A stretch of 64,000 bases of DNA from Balanoglossus misakiensis (taxonomy: Eukaryota > Animalia > Hemichordata), in assembly GCA_040954595.2 (NCBI GenBank), contig CM082585.2, positions 1,612,318 through 1,676,317 of the forward strand, read 5' to 3'. Both the position numbers and the translations under genes were made by a program. The notes beneath the pieces are model-generated. The model did no database searches and was not told where the DNA came from. It worked only from the letters and a program-made list of their open reading frames with translations. Below, piece after piece: positions 47,815 through 60,535 of this stretch (position 1 is its first letter; each line of letters begins with the position of its first letter).

Positions 47815-50800
47815 TAGTCTGGTTACACTATGAGATAGGTGCCGTTAATCAGAATTTTTGGTAAGGAAGGTTTGAGAAGTCCATTCTATGTAAAAAATGG
47901 TGCTCATTCCAAAAAAGTCAGTCTTATTAACCCCACTCAAGACAAAATTGCCATTTTGGCCATTTTTAACCCCAAAATGGTCTTTTTTAGAAAACACTAA
48001 AAACACATTGTTTTCGTCACATTCTGAGATCTGATAACATATGATATGCTTATTCTATGTAAAATTTGGTGAATATTACGAAAAAAGTAGTTCGATTGAC
48101 CCAAAACAACAGAAAATTGCCTTTTTGACCAATTTTTGCCCCAAAAACGTCATTTTTAGAAAAAAAATAAAACACACGGTTTTCTTCATAATGATTGATC
48201 TGGTGATATATGGAAAGTCAATTCTATGTTAAAAGTGGTGACTTTAAAAAATAAAGCAGTCTTTTTGACCTCAATCAATACAAAAATGCCATTTTTGGCC
48301 ACTTTTTGTGGTCAAAAAAGGTCATTTTTACAAAAAAACTAAAAATAAATTGTGTTTATCATATTCAGAGATCATTGGATATATGAAATGTCCATTCTAT
48401 GTAAAAAATGGTGCTGATTCCAGAAATAGCAGTCTTATTGACCCTACTCAAGAAAAAATGCCATTTTTGCCACTTTTTGCCCCAAAACGTCATTTTCAGA
48501 AAACACACAAAATTTATATATTTTCTTCACTTTCGGAGATCTGATAATGTATTATATGCCCACCCTATGTAAAATCTGGTGATTATTCGAAAAAAGCAGA
48601 TTTATTGACCCAACCTAATGCAAAAATGCCCTTTTGGAAAGTTTTTGCCCAAAAAGGCCATTTTTAGAAAAAAATTTAAAAACAAACTTTTCTTCATAAA
48701 GCTCAGAGATCATGTGATATATGAAATGTTCATCCTATGTAAAAAATGGTGCTGATTCCAGAAATAGCAGTCTTATTGATCCTACTCAAGAAAAAATGCC
48801 ATTTTGCCACTTTTTGCCCCCAAAACGTCATTTTCAGAAAACACTCAAAATTTATATATTTTCTTCACTTTCGGAGATCTGATAATGAATTATATGCCCA
48901 CTGTATGTGAAAAATTTCCAAAAAAGCAGTTTTATTGATGCCACTCAAGATAAAAGTGCCTTTTTGGCAAGTTTTTGCCCAAAAAGTGTCATTTCTAGAA
49001 AATACGAAAATTATGCCATTTTCTTCCCATTGGTGATCAAATGATAAATAAAAGTACTAAAAAACCCACTCTTACTGACCCCACTGAGGGAAAAAAATAT
49101 CATTTTGGCCTCTTTGCTCAAAAAGGTAACTGTTAGAAAAAATAAATACAAACTTATTCCTTAATATTCAGAGCCCTTGTGATGTATGTAAATTCGTTTT
49201 TTGTGTGTGTGTGTGTGCAAAAAATATGCTGATACCAGCACAACGGTCTTATTGAGACACCCCGCTCAGTACAAAATTGCCATTTAGCCATCTTTTGGTC
49301 AACAATAGGCATTTTCAGAAAACAAATATAATTGATGTTTTTGCCTTTTGTGTTCTGATGTTGTATATGCATATTTAAAACGCCATAACCATATAATGTC
49401 AATTAAATTGATGATATTGAAAGACAGGGTTGCCACAATTTGGCAAATTTAGCCCAAAACTGAACTTAACAATAAGATGATCCATGTATACGCACTGTCT
49501 ACTATAAGTCGATTATGCGTGGTGTGGAATATTTAGGTTCAGATATGCCAGCTCGGGAGAGAGTGTTGAAATTTATTCTCTTCAATCTGAATACAAAATC
49601 AGAAATTATATTATAATTTATATCATACTGATTTGACAGGAGTGCAACGATGCTAGAATACTCAATAGAGCACTGCTAAAACTGGCCCCTGAACTAGCAC
49701 GCAGCAGGGAAAATGTGGGTTTAAACTAAATAAACATAAAACCCTTGACGTTTTAATTTGGAACTGCTGTATGGGAATATTTGGGCAATGTGCAATGCCT
49801 TTCTTTTGTCATCTGTATCATGTTTAGAGCTTGGTCCCGGGCGGCGTGTTTACATTCATTGACGCGAGTTTTGTTCCATTCGTAACTTCTTTTCCTCTCG
49901 ACGCTGTTTCATCATCATTATGAGTTCAACTTGGGCTAATTTTGCAAAAACTCCAAATACAAACATTTTTTCGGTACAAAATGGCTAAAATGATACTTTT
50001 TTCTTGAGTAGATCTATTTTTGGCTACAAATAGCAAAAAAGGCAATTTTGACAACCAGAGTGCCGTTTTTGGAATAGTCACCAAATTTTACACAGAATGG
50101 ACTTTTCATACATGATCAGATCTCTGAATATGGAGAAAACAATTTGTCTTTAGTTTGTTTGTTTTTAATGAACATTTTTGACCAAAAAAGTGGCCGAAAT
50201 TACAAATTTCAATTGAATAGGGTAAGTAAGACTTCCGTTTTTGGAACAGTAACCACGTTTCAATATAGAATGGGCTTTTATTTATAATAAGATCACCGAA
50301 AGTGAAGAAAAGAGAATGCTTATTAATATATTCTTAAAAATAACAATTTTGTGCAAAACTTAGCCAAAAAGGTGATTTCGTCATGGTTGAGGTCATTAAG
50401 ACTGCATTTCTGGAATCAACACCTATTTTACAATAAATGTACTTTTCACACATCATAGAATCTCCAAATAAGAATCAAACAGTTTGTTTATAATGATTTT
50501 CGAAAAGTGGCTTTTTGGGCAAAAACTTGTCAAAAAAGCACTGTTTTCTTGAGTGGCGCTAGTAATTTTTTTTTGAATTTTTTCACATAGAGTGGGTACA
50601 TAATACATCATCATCTCCGAAAGTGAAGAAAATATAAAAGTTTTGGGTGTTTTCTAGAAATGACACTTTTTGGGCAAAAACTTGCCAAAGGGCACTTTTA
50701 TCTTGGGTGGCATCAATAAAACTGCTTTTTTGGAAATTTTTCACATAAAGTGGGCATATAATACATTATCAGATCTCCGAAAGTGAAGAAAATATATAAA

Positions 50801-51893
50801 TTTTGAGTGTTTTCTGAAAATGACGTTTTTGGGGCAAAAAGTGGCAAAAATGGCATTTTTTCTTGAGTAGGATCAATAAGACTGCTATTTCTGGAATTAG
50901 CACCATTTTTTACATAGGTTGAACACTTCATATATCACATGATCTCTGAGCTTTATGAAGAAAAGTTTGTTTTTAATTTTTTTTTCTAAAAACGGCCTTT
51001 TTGGGTAATAACTTTCCAAAAGGGCATTTTTGCATTAGGTTGGGTCAATAAATCTGCTTTTTTGGAATAATCACCAAGTTTTACATAGGATGGGCATATA
51101 AGTGAAGAAAATATATAAATTTTGAGTGTTTTCTAAAAATGACGTTTTGGGGCAAAAAGTGGCAAAAATGGCATTTTTTTTCTTGAGTAGGGTCAATAAG
51201 ACTGCTATTTCTGAAATCAGCACCGTTTTTTACATAGAATGGACACTTCATATATCCAATGATCTCTGAATATGAAAAACACAATTTATTTTTAGTTTTT
51301 TTGTAAAAATGACCTTTTTTGACCTCAAAAAGTGGCCAAAAATGGCATTTTTGTATTGATTGAGGTCAAAAAGACTGCTTTTTTTTTTAAAGTCACCACT
51401 TTTAACATAGAATTGACTTTCCATATATCACCAGATCAACTATTATGAAGAAAACCGTGTTTTTTAATTTTTTTCTAAAAATGACGTTTTTTTGACAAAA
51501 AATGGTCAAAAAGGCAATTTTCTGTTGTATTGGGTCAATCGAACTATTTTTTTCGTAATATTCACCAAATTTTACATAGAATAGGCATATCATATGTCAT
51601 CAGATCTTAGAATGTGACGAAAACAGTGTGTTTTTAGTGTTTTCTAAAAAAACACCATTTTTGGGTTAAAAATGGCCAAAATGGCAATTTTGTCTTGAGT
51701 GGGGTCAATAAGACTGACATTTTTGGAATCAGCACCATTTTTTACATAGAATGGACCTCTCAAACCTTCCTTACCAAAAATTCTGATTAACGGCATCTAG
51801 CTCCTGGACTAGGTCCCCTGCCCCATTCCCACTGCCATCGGCGCTACGCTCAAGGGCGCAGCCAGCGGTGGGAATGGGGCAGGGAACAGACTA
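47815..51893. mobile_element. Small non-autonomous element with TAGTCTG...CAGACTA ends and 9-bp TSD (AcademH-like), hosting a nested foldback element
   Basis: TSD CTTCACTTG at 47806-47814 and 51894-51902, 7-bp TIR, and a GC-rich hairpin at 51817-51884. The family assignment is inference from termini and TSD length. Confidence 0.75.
47832..51803. mobile_element. 4-kb foldback DNA element with ~1.15-kb inverted arms built from degenerate subrepeats
   Basis: 47832-49002 is the reverse complement of 50651-51803 (mirror ORFs 48041+/51402- and 48308+/51081- in the track). No transposase ORF. Ends read either as GAG..CTC or as TA-flanked 47838-51797. Confidence 0.9.
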
Positions 51894-51997
51894 CTTCACT
51901 TGTGGAATAAAGTGCTCATTTCTTGTGTATCTGCATTTTGTCGATGTTATCGCTCCTCTGGCAGAGAAGCCAGGGTGCTAGCTGTTGGCTTTAATAA

Positions 51998-52251
51998 GGG
52001 ACTGTTCAGAATTTACTTCCAGGGGGCGGAGAATTTTCAGAGGGGGGGGGGGACCACCCATTTTCTCCAAGACAAATTAGGGGAGACTAGACATAAAAGT
52101 CACAATAGGGGGACCATGGAAAATCCCCAGGAAATTTAAGGGGGGACCACATATTTCCTCCACAATTTACTAGGGGAGACCATGGGAAAAAATCACCAGG
52201 AAAATAAAAAATCCTCCATCCCCAACTTGGAAGTAAATTCTGAACAGTCCT
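51998..52251. mobile_element. PIF/Harbinger-type MITE
   Basis: TIR GGACTGTTCAGAATTTACTTCCA at both ends, flanked by TAA and TCA. Confidence 0.7.
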
Positions 52252-54011
52252 TCATGGTTGTTTGTTTGTTTGTTTGCCTGTTTGTTTATTCGTATCTTTG
52301 TTTGTTTGTGTATTCTATCTCATTTAATATGATGCTTCTGTCACATTTGGCATTTACTGTCGCATAAACAATGACCAAACCGACTCGACTGCGTTTGGAT
52401 GCACGATGGACTTAAGAGTGAATCCATCGGTGTTTACCGGCCAAAACAAAACCGTTTGATTTCTTTAACACTGTTGCAACAAGTGAGACCCTAGTACATG
52501 TAGTATATAAATCAGAAGTCCGGTGCATGTTTGCCAGTGACACCTACCACAAAATGGTATCGCCCAAATAATGTTGGGCGCGCCCGTGGAAGTTATAAGC
52601 CCGGCGCTTTTTCCTCATGATTAATAAAACAGTTAACACAACATTGGAAATTCAGCCAATTTGTCCCTGTTTTGTAGAAATAGTGCGAGCTATACATGGC
52701 GAAAAGTTTTTCAAAAAATAGATCAAAATGGGAATTCAAATTAGTGAATATTATTGGCACTTACAGAGTTTTAATTCAAAATAGAGGATTCATTCCAATG
52801 AATATGCAAGTCAAGAAGTCACATAGGGATCATGACAATGACCTATTGATCATGTCATGATGATTATGTACAAGAGAGAAGTAAAAAACTGGTTATTGCT
52901 TGAATTTCATGTTTCTTTTTAATCAGATGTAGTCAACAGTCTTTCAACAAGTCTATAACATGATTTTGAAATGATTTTCAAAAGTACACAATTCCATACG
53001 AAAATGTTACTTTAAGATTTGTAAATTTTTCTGTATATTTGAGTTCACGTGCATAGGCTGACTCAAACATTCTTTGCATCAACATTTACCGTCCTTTCAA
53101 AAATCTTGCCTGTAGTCCAGGTTTTACATTTGCACTTAATAGCATTATAACACCATCATGTCATCCACATGTTACCCTCACAGCCAGTCACTGTGTGTAT
53201 ATTGTGATTCATGAAGTACATGTAGTGCTACATATTTTTTGTGGAGATGAGACACACACACACATAGCAACCGATAGACAGACTGCTTGATAATATGCTC
53301 TGACTGATCCCTAAAGCTGAAACTTGTATGTGTTTGTACATACAACACAAAGGAACTAAAAATAGGGCATTCACATAGGGACCATTGAAAGTTTTCTGAA
53401 ACATCTCAACTCAAACATTGACATAAAAAATACTTTGTGAACAATTAAAGTCTTCCTGGAACGTTTCAGATTTGAGACGGTTTTGCCAGCCAGACCTGAT
53501 CCGGTGTAATGATTAACACCTCTTCGCAACCCATTGTCTATGGGGCCGAGCCTCGCAGTGCCTATACATAAACTTTGTGTGTGTGGACACAAACGACTCA
53601 AAGGATTAATGCTCTGTGTTTACCATAGGCAAATAGTGTCTCAAATTTTTCCCTGCCTGAACCTGGTATCTGAAATGTTTCTCATTTTACCCAGTGTAAA
53701 CATGGTGAAAGACAAAATGTCCTATACCTGTATAACATAGATCATAAATTTATAATACCAGGGTTTACTTGGTCTGATTGAAGCTCTGTAATTGGTTGAA
53801 GCAAGGGTTTTTATTACATATGTACCGTCGATTACTTGCACCGAGCGCGCGCGTAACATCGGTATTTGCACTCAGTGCAATACCAAAAACATTATGCTAT
53901 ACCTGTATGCAAATGAGTGGCCTGTTCACGAAACAAGCAATATCATTCCGCGGTCTCATTTCTTTCATTTTCGGTCTTTTTTTCAAAATGGGATGAACAT
54001 ATGTAATAAAA

Positions 54012-54204
54012 ACAGAACCCCATGGCTCAATCGTGCAAGCACGGCGTACCGGTAGTATTTGCACTCGTGCTGGCGGTGTATTCTTGCTGCCCCCCGCACA
54101 AGCGACAGCGAGTGCGGGGGACGGGCGCAAGAATACACCGCCAGACACTCGATGCAAATACTACCGTTACGCCGTGCTTGCACGATCGAGCCATGGGGTT
54201 CTGT
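54012..54204. repeat. 193-bp GC-rich inverted repeat (long hairpin), probably the end of a Crypton-like non-autonomous element starting near 53750
   Basis: ACAGAACCCCATGGCTC..TCGTGCAAGCACGGCGTA..GGTAGTATTTGCA..CTGGCGGTGTATTCTTGC and its reverse complement around a short loop. The family call is tentative. Confidence 0.75.
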
Positions 54205-54914
54205 CATAACATTCTCTACTAGAAGACCTGAACAGTAAATAACTGAAATAAAATACACAAAAGAGAATGCATCTGAATAGAACACAATTTATTAACTTGG
54301 ATTGGTCATGGGCATCAGGGCGCTCTACTTAAGAAATTCTAGAACATGTTTGTACAAGTGGCATTTTCATGAGCAGTGAGCAACGAGGCCTTTCTGGCAT
54401 GTAATACTTAAAATCCAAACATCAGATTTTTTATCACACAAAATCATATTATATATAATGACATTATAAATGGTGTGCGCTTATATTTGGTTACGGATTT
54501 AAAACCTCTTTGAGGAAAATTTTGCAGAGAGGTCTTGTATCTACAACCAAATAACCACTATGTTCATATCATTCAGATTGCTCAGTACTATCAGCGAGTT
54601 CACCAGTGGTTTCCAGAAATCTATAGGCTAAACATATGCCATTTTCATTGTGCCTCCCCCCATCTATTTCAATACAATAAATAATGGCTGGCTTGATTTT
54701 TCACCAGGACTTTTAAACAATAGTTTTTGTTAAGATATAGACAACATTCCAGATGTGTATGAAAACTCGAGGAAAATAATAACATTTGACCTGTCATCAG
54801 TTGTGAATTAATTAAATATTTTCATAAACTACACATTATAATCAAATTTAAACTCGTATGTAATGAATAATCGTCTCAACATAAGAGCTGCTAAGGCTAG
54901 ACTCAACAGCACTA

Positions 54915-55403
54915 TCAACACGAAAGAATTACTATTTTCTTGCTGACGTATCTGGCGATTATTCTGATTTGATAGTGTGTCGTTTCTTCTTCTGGGTTGC
55001 TCATACCCTTGCTGGCTGACATTTCTTTGTCGTATGTTTGTCTCTGTGGTAGCATTGTCATTGGCATTTCTCTGGGGGTGTTTTCTGTGTTGGCAGTTGC
55101 AGGTTCTGGTGCTAGGGGAGTGTTGACATCTGCCTGGGGTGTTGCATCGGCTGGCGGTTGAACGGTGTTGTCGTTGTTCGATGCCGCATCTCTGTGTCGT
55201 GGCGGCTGTCCGGCTCCTGCAAACGCAGCGTACTGAGACACGAATGGGTTCGGGTATGACATCTGCTGGAAGTGTTGCTGGTATGCTGCGGCTGGATAGG
55301 GTGGGGGTTGTTGGTTCGCAGAAGCTACAGGCTGGGGTGTGTTTGTGCTTGTGCTTGTTGTGGCAGTATCAGCAGAGGTTGCTATGCTTTTCTTTGTCTC
55401 TTC
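54915..55403 (-). CDS. Isolated Pro/Gln/Thr/Ala-rich exon with a PPPY motif, gene unknown
   Basis: Strong acceptor TTCTTTTTATCCTCCACAG. Open frame EETKKSIATSADTATTSTSTNTPQPVASANQQPPPYPAAAYQQHFQQMSYPNPF..., continuous with ORF 54915..55262. GC-rich relative to flanks. Possible donor at 54947. Confidence 0.55.
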   Translation of the reverse strand, partial: EETKKSIATSADTATTSTSTNTPQPVASANQQPPPYPAAAYQQHFQQMSYPNPFVSQYAAFAGAGQPPRHRDAASNNDNTVQPPADATPQADVNTPLAPEPATANTENTPREMPMTMLPQRQTYDKEMSASKGMSNPEEETTHYQIRIIARYVSKKIVILSC

Positions 55404-57738
55404 CTGTGGAGGATAAAAAGAACACAGTGTTTTTGCAAAGGTCGGGGAACACTGGTAATGGATTTGGGAACCCCGTTAATATTCCTATAACCTCCTAATA
55501 TAACCACATTGATACACCCAGGGGAACCCCGGTAAAATGACTGGGGAACTCTGGTAGACTGCCTGACCACTGTGACATTGGCCTTGTTCTGTTGTTTTAA
55601 TTCGGAGTGACTGGGGTACTCCGGTAGATTTTATCTAGGTACCGCCCTTAACAAAAACACTGAACACAGAATCACAATTTGGAAGGCATGAGAGGCAAAT
55701 ACCATTTAAGGATGTACACGCACAACATAAACTGATAAACAGTGCATGTGTGTCTGTTCCTGAAAGGATTACATCGATAATTGCCAGAAAACAAACTTCT
55801 ACTATTGTCTTTTTCACGAAATTTTACACATAGCTCAGTCAAGTAAACGTCAATTCATTGGTCAAAAAAAATTATGTGGTCACCAAGCTCTATTATGAGA
55901 TAAATTGCGTTAAAATCTTCGCCCATAGACAAACCATTGGTGAAAAATGCTGAGACAGCAAATTTCTTCTATTATCAACTAAATTCATGGCTCTGTATTT
56001 TTTTTAAAAAGGGCAATGACCCCTACAATTTTTAACGAATTCTCATTATACATACACAGCATAATCCAAAAATCCACAATTAAAAGAATGACAATACTTT
56101 CAACGTGTATAATACCAGCATACACCTGTTTCAAGTCCAGTGTCCTAATACACCATCATCATGAATTGGAACTCAAAGCAAGGCCAATGAGCAAACCCAG
56201 ATTGACAACTCATTACACCAGCAAAGTGGTTTCTTTATGGAAGTGGTGGTACCAATAAATACTTTATTCAAGGTAAGAATTTCTTATTGTAGCAGTATTT
56301 TCATTTCCATTCATGTTTTAAAGGCCTTTTTTGTAGATTCTGAGTTTCTATGCCAGACAAAGTATGATTATTTTTCCACTAATGCAGCCTGAATTAAAGT
56401 CAACATTTTTCACCATAGGTCTTTCTATGTTATTTTTCTATAGGCATGGACACAGTTAAGTTTATCTCAAAACTGAGCACAGTGGTGAGCCTACAACTTA
56501 TATGAATCACTCAATTTAATTTCATTTGGATGAGTTATGAGTGAAACTTCTTAAAATTACAATAGTAGAAAAGGGTTTTCTATCAATTCTTAATGTTATC
56601 CTATGGGAAGAAACACATTCCATGAGCTCATACATGTAGTGTGTGCCATTCTTAACCCTTTCAGTATTATATGAATCAGATATAGAAGCTTGTTCAACGT
56701 CCCGTTGCGGCCAAGCCAATCAGATTGCACGTTATGTCAATCAAAACTGAAGGATACCTAAAGTTCTCTATAAGGCACCGTCTGATTGGTTTACTAGAGT
56801 TTTCAACGGGAGCTTCTATGGGAGTTGGTCAGATGTAGTGTGAGGCGACAGTATAAGAATACCGTACTGCGAAGTAAAAGACGTCGCCGTACCCTACATC
56901 TGATTTTAATCAGATTGTATGCACACATAAGCTGGTTTAGAATACTGATAAACCCTGATGAAACAATCTCAGTAAAATATATACAGATGAGAATGAGAAT
57001 GCAGTTAAAGTTAAATATACATTCGTTGTATCTTTTGGCTTTATTTCCAGTATTTTTGTTCTATGTAGCAAATGCGATTTCATGTTCTACTCCACACAGA
57101 TTGTTACTTGTCAGCACAGAATGTATGTGTATAATGGCCATTGTCATTGTTGACAATAATTCATGGATTCTAGTCTGGACTTAAATTCCAATTTGGCACA
57201 ATAACAATGCTGACCATACACATATATGTTTCATCATGTTTCGGGAATTTGCACAAGAAACTGCTAAACAAAGATACTGAAAACATAGGAAAAAGGTAAA
57301 GGTAATGGAGCTTTAATTACAATTCACACTGTATACAAAATCCATGTAAAAATTCAAAATACTGGATTTGTCAGCTTCAACTGATATGAGGGTCACACAA
57401 GAAATTGCTAAAACGTCTCAGATCAAATACTGGCATAAATTATTATTGGTGAATGGTTTAAGTGGTCCTGAATCTTCTCAGATTTGAGACACGTCTCTTA
57501 CCAGGTTCACACAGGGTAAAATTTGAGACACTATTAGTCTATGGTAAACACAGAGCGTTAATACTTTGGGGGGGGGGGGTTAGCTGGGCAGGCCCGCCCT
57601 CCTTTATTTTTTGCCACCCTGCTATCTTACGCGCCGCCCTGCTTTCTTTTCATTCCCGCCTTGGTAAATATTTATTGTTTCTGGTGCACGCTCCCGCATG
57701 CGGCTGGCATTTGAGAGAATGATATTTATTCAGTTTAG

Positions 57739-58830
57739 GGATGTTTTGTCGCCTTTGTACAAAACACAAGCAGAAGGCCAAGTGCGGAGGGACTTGGGTT
57801 ACAACATCTCCATGTACATGTACCACCCTTCGCGAAGACAAACTCAAGCAGCATGAAGAGACGATTATCGACCGGGCGGCAATGCAGCTTGACGCCGAGG
57901 CAGCAGTTATCGAGAACAGCAGCGGTCTTGTGGCTGCATTTGACAAGGTCATCACCTTTGAGACGCAAGCCTTCATGCATCGGCGTCCTACGATGCATGT
58001 ATTTTCTCATGCACAGAGAATTGCCGCACACCACCAACTTCATCCATGTTTTGGAATTGGCAAAGTCCCTCGGGTGTTCATTCCTTGGTACTCTCAGCAG
58101 TGATGACCACAACTATAATGATTTATTGCATTGGTAAGTAGGTCTACTGATTTTTGTGCAGATCTAAATTGTAGGCAATGTAGTAACATTTATTTAAACC
58201 TGGTTGTTTTCAAGAAAGGATCACTGTTTAAGCAATAGTGTTACACTCAATAAAGAATAATTACTGTACAAATTACTGTGAATTTTGATAAGTTTAATCT
58301 GAAGAGTAATTTTCATTTATTTTATTTTTCAGGCAAAGTCATCCGTGATGAGATTTTAGAGAAGATGAAAGGAAGTAACTTCTATTCACTGTTAATAGAT
58401 GAAAACAACTAATGTGGCTGTATTGAAGCAATTAATCATCTATTCCAAGTACACCTTGAAGTCTGGGAAGTCAGTTGTGTCTTTCCTTGGAGTTAAAGAA
58501 GTAAGTGGAAAGTTTTTCAATTTTTAAGTCTACACTGAATTAAAAACATACGATTAAACATGTTTTTGAGTGACCTCATTTAATTGATTTTGCTGACTAG
58601 TTATTTCAGGTGAGACAAACATTGAGTTGTACATTGCATGTGTTAACATCAAGGTTTTATTTTCACTGTTTTAGGTTGGTGATGGCAGAGCAGACACCAT
58701 TGCACAGTCAGTGAAAGAGTTTTCTTCAGAGAATGGTATTGTCTTAAGAGATCGTCTGTCTGCTTTGGGCAGTGATGGTGCTCCTGTTATGCTAGGACAG
58801 AAAGGAGGGGTGGCTACCAAACTAAAAGAA
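57739..58830 (+). pseudogene. Intron-containing hAT transposase remnant (ZNF862/ZMYM1-like); exons 57739-58133, 58333-58500, 58675-58830
   Basis: MFCRLC..KLKQHE zinc-finger, YFLMHRELPHTTNF, FYSLLIDE(TT)NVAVLKQLII, and LGSDGAPVMLGQKGGVATKLK, with GT-AG introns. Frameshifts near 57975 and 58405. Candidate CAG left terminus at 57551. The 3' half is not seen. Confidence 0.85.
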
Positions 58831-59639
58831 GTGAGTGAAATTTTGAGTTGTGAAGACATTGTGATTTTGTAAGTTTTTAGTTGGTGTCTTTATATCGTGA
58901 CAATAATAATAGTAATAATTAAAGCTGCAAGCAGCATTGAATGGGCCCAAGCATAGAGATAATAACCATTAGACTCCATTCAGGGTTGTACCATTCAATT
59001 GCGTAGGCTGTATTTGCTCTGGATGTGGAGATATGGGGAAGTAGGCAACCACCCGAAATGGATGTCCTACAAGTACAAACACAACAACCACAAGTGAACT
59101 TCTACGTTATGTAAGGACTTCAGTTAAGTACTTCAAAGGTCAGCTGAGGGTACCCAAAAATTGGGCCAAAAATTTGGATTCCTATTTGGTTCATATTCAA
59201 GACAACGGAAAATTCTCGCCCTTTGGGTTTTTAAAATTAGGTATGGCCATAATAATGAGTTACGCAAGTAAGTTACAGGTGGCCCTAGGAATTTAGCATT
59301 TCATGACGGTCCTACCCTACCCCTCCAAACACGTGGCTATATATGATGTGCATGCTAACATATGGAAAGCAGGTCAATGGACACCTGAGGTCATTCAAAA
59401 ATTTGACAGAAAAATTTCATTCCTGTTTATGTCTTGTGCAACAAATCCTACATTTGCAGCCCTTTCACTTTGCCTAACATTAGGTATGCACGTAATACAT
59501 GAATCAAGCAGGTGTCAAAGGTATCCCCCTGTATTTGGCATTTCATGATAGTTTCATCCCTCCAAATACCAAAGCTGCACCTGTACAACGGGATGAGATA
59601 TGGCACTCTATGACAGAGGTCATCCAAATCACCTTATAC

Positions 59640-60535
59640 ATCAATCAATCAATCAATCAGAGAAATTTGTATAGCGCCAGTATCTATAACAAGTGTCATA
59701 CTCAAAGGCGCTTGTGCTCATTGGCCCACACCATATGCTCTTGCGAAATAATGCGTCTTCAGTCTTTTCTTAAAGATACTCAAACTTGGAGCTTGACGAA
59801 TGTTCCACAGTTTCGTTGCAGCATGAGAGAATGCTCGGCCACCGTATGAAGAACGTTTGTACATTGTAGTGCATAAAAGGCTCTTATTAGCTGAACGAAG
59901 CCTGCGACCAGGAGAATATGTCCGAATGAGATCGCGGATATAGTTCGGAGCGAGATTATTTAAGGCTTTGTATGTGAGCAGATTTATTTTATACTCTATC
60001 CTGTGGCGAACTGGTAACCAATGAAGAAGTTGAAGAACTGGCGTTATATGGGCAGACTTCCTGGACCGAGTTATGATTCTTGCAGCTGTATTTTGTGTGC
60101 GTTGTAGAAGGTTCAGACTGCGTTCTGGTATACCATACAGTAATGCATTACCATAGTCGAGTTTCGCTGCCAAAATAGCATGAATCACTGTTTGACATGT
60201 TGCTTTGTTAAGAAATTTCCTGATTTGTCCGACACGGCGAAAGTGGTAATATATTGATTGACAAGTTTTCTTGATGTGATCTTTATACATGTGCGTATTG
60301 TCAAATATTACACCAATATTGCGAGCTGATTTAACGACGGGAACAGAGCTTGAACCAATGGTAATCTTGTCAATAGCATCAGCAGAGTGATGAAATTGTG
60401 AACGAATAAGTAGAATCTCAGTTTTTGGAGTCGTTGAGTTGAAGCTTGTTTTGGGTCATCCAGTCCTTAAGATCACGGATACAGGCCTCAATGGACATTT
60501 GGGCAAAAACCAACTGACACTTACATTCGTCCCTG
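59640..60535 (-). mobile_element. 5'-truncated L2-clade LINE (ORF2 C-terminus, 3' UTR, (ATTG)n tail)
   Basis: IEACIRDLKDWMTQNKLQLNDSK/TEILLI (frameshifted), then ORF 59718..60290 with KLDYGNALLYG, HITPVLQLLHWLPV, GGRAFSHAA, FKKRLKTHYF. The tail reads (CAAT)n on + at 59640-59660. Confidence 0.9.

Noticed and set aside
48041-51593. Mirror-image 63-78 aa ORFs in the foldback arms
   Set aside because: By-products of an AT-rich inverted repeat; no transposase motifs.
55480-55650. Possible upstream coding exon for the PPxY exon
   Set aside because: Stops occur in all frames after the candidate acceptor; the sequence consists of short CCGG/CCCCAGTCA repeats.
56652-56820. TTAACCCT piggyBac-like left end and a small TATAGAAGCT...AGCTTCTATG inverted repeat
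   Set aside because: No matching right end or TSD could be confirmed.
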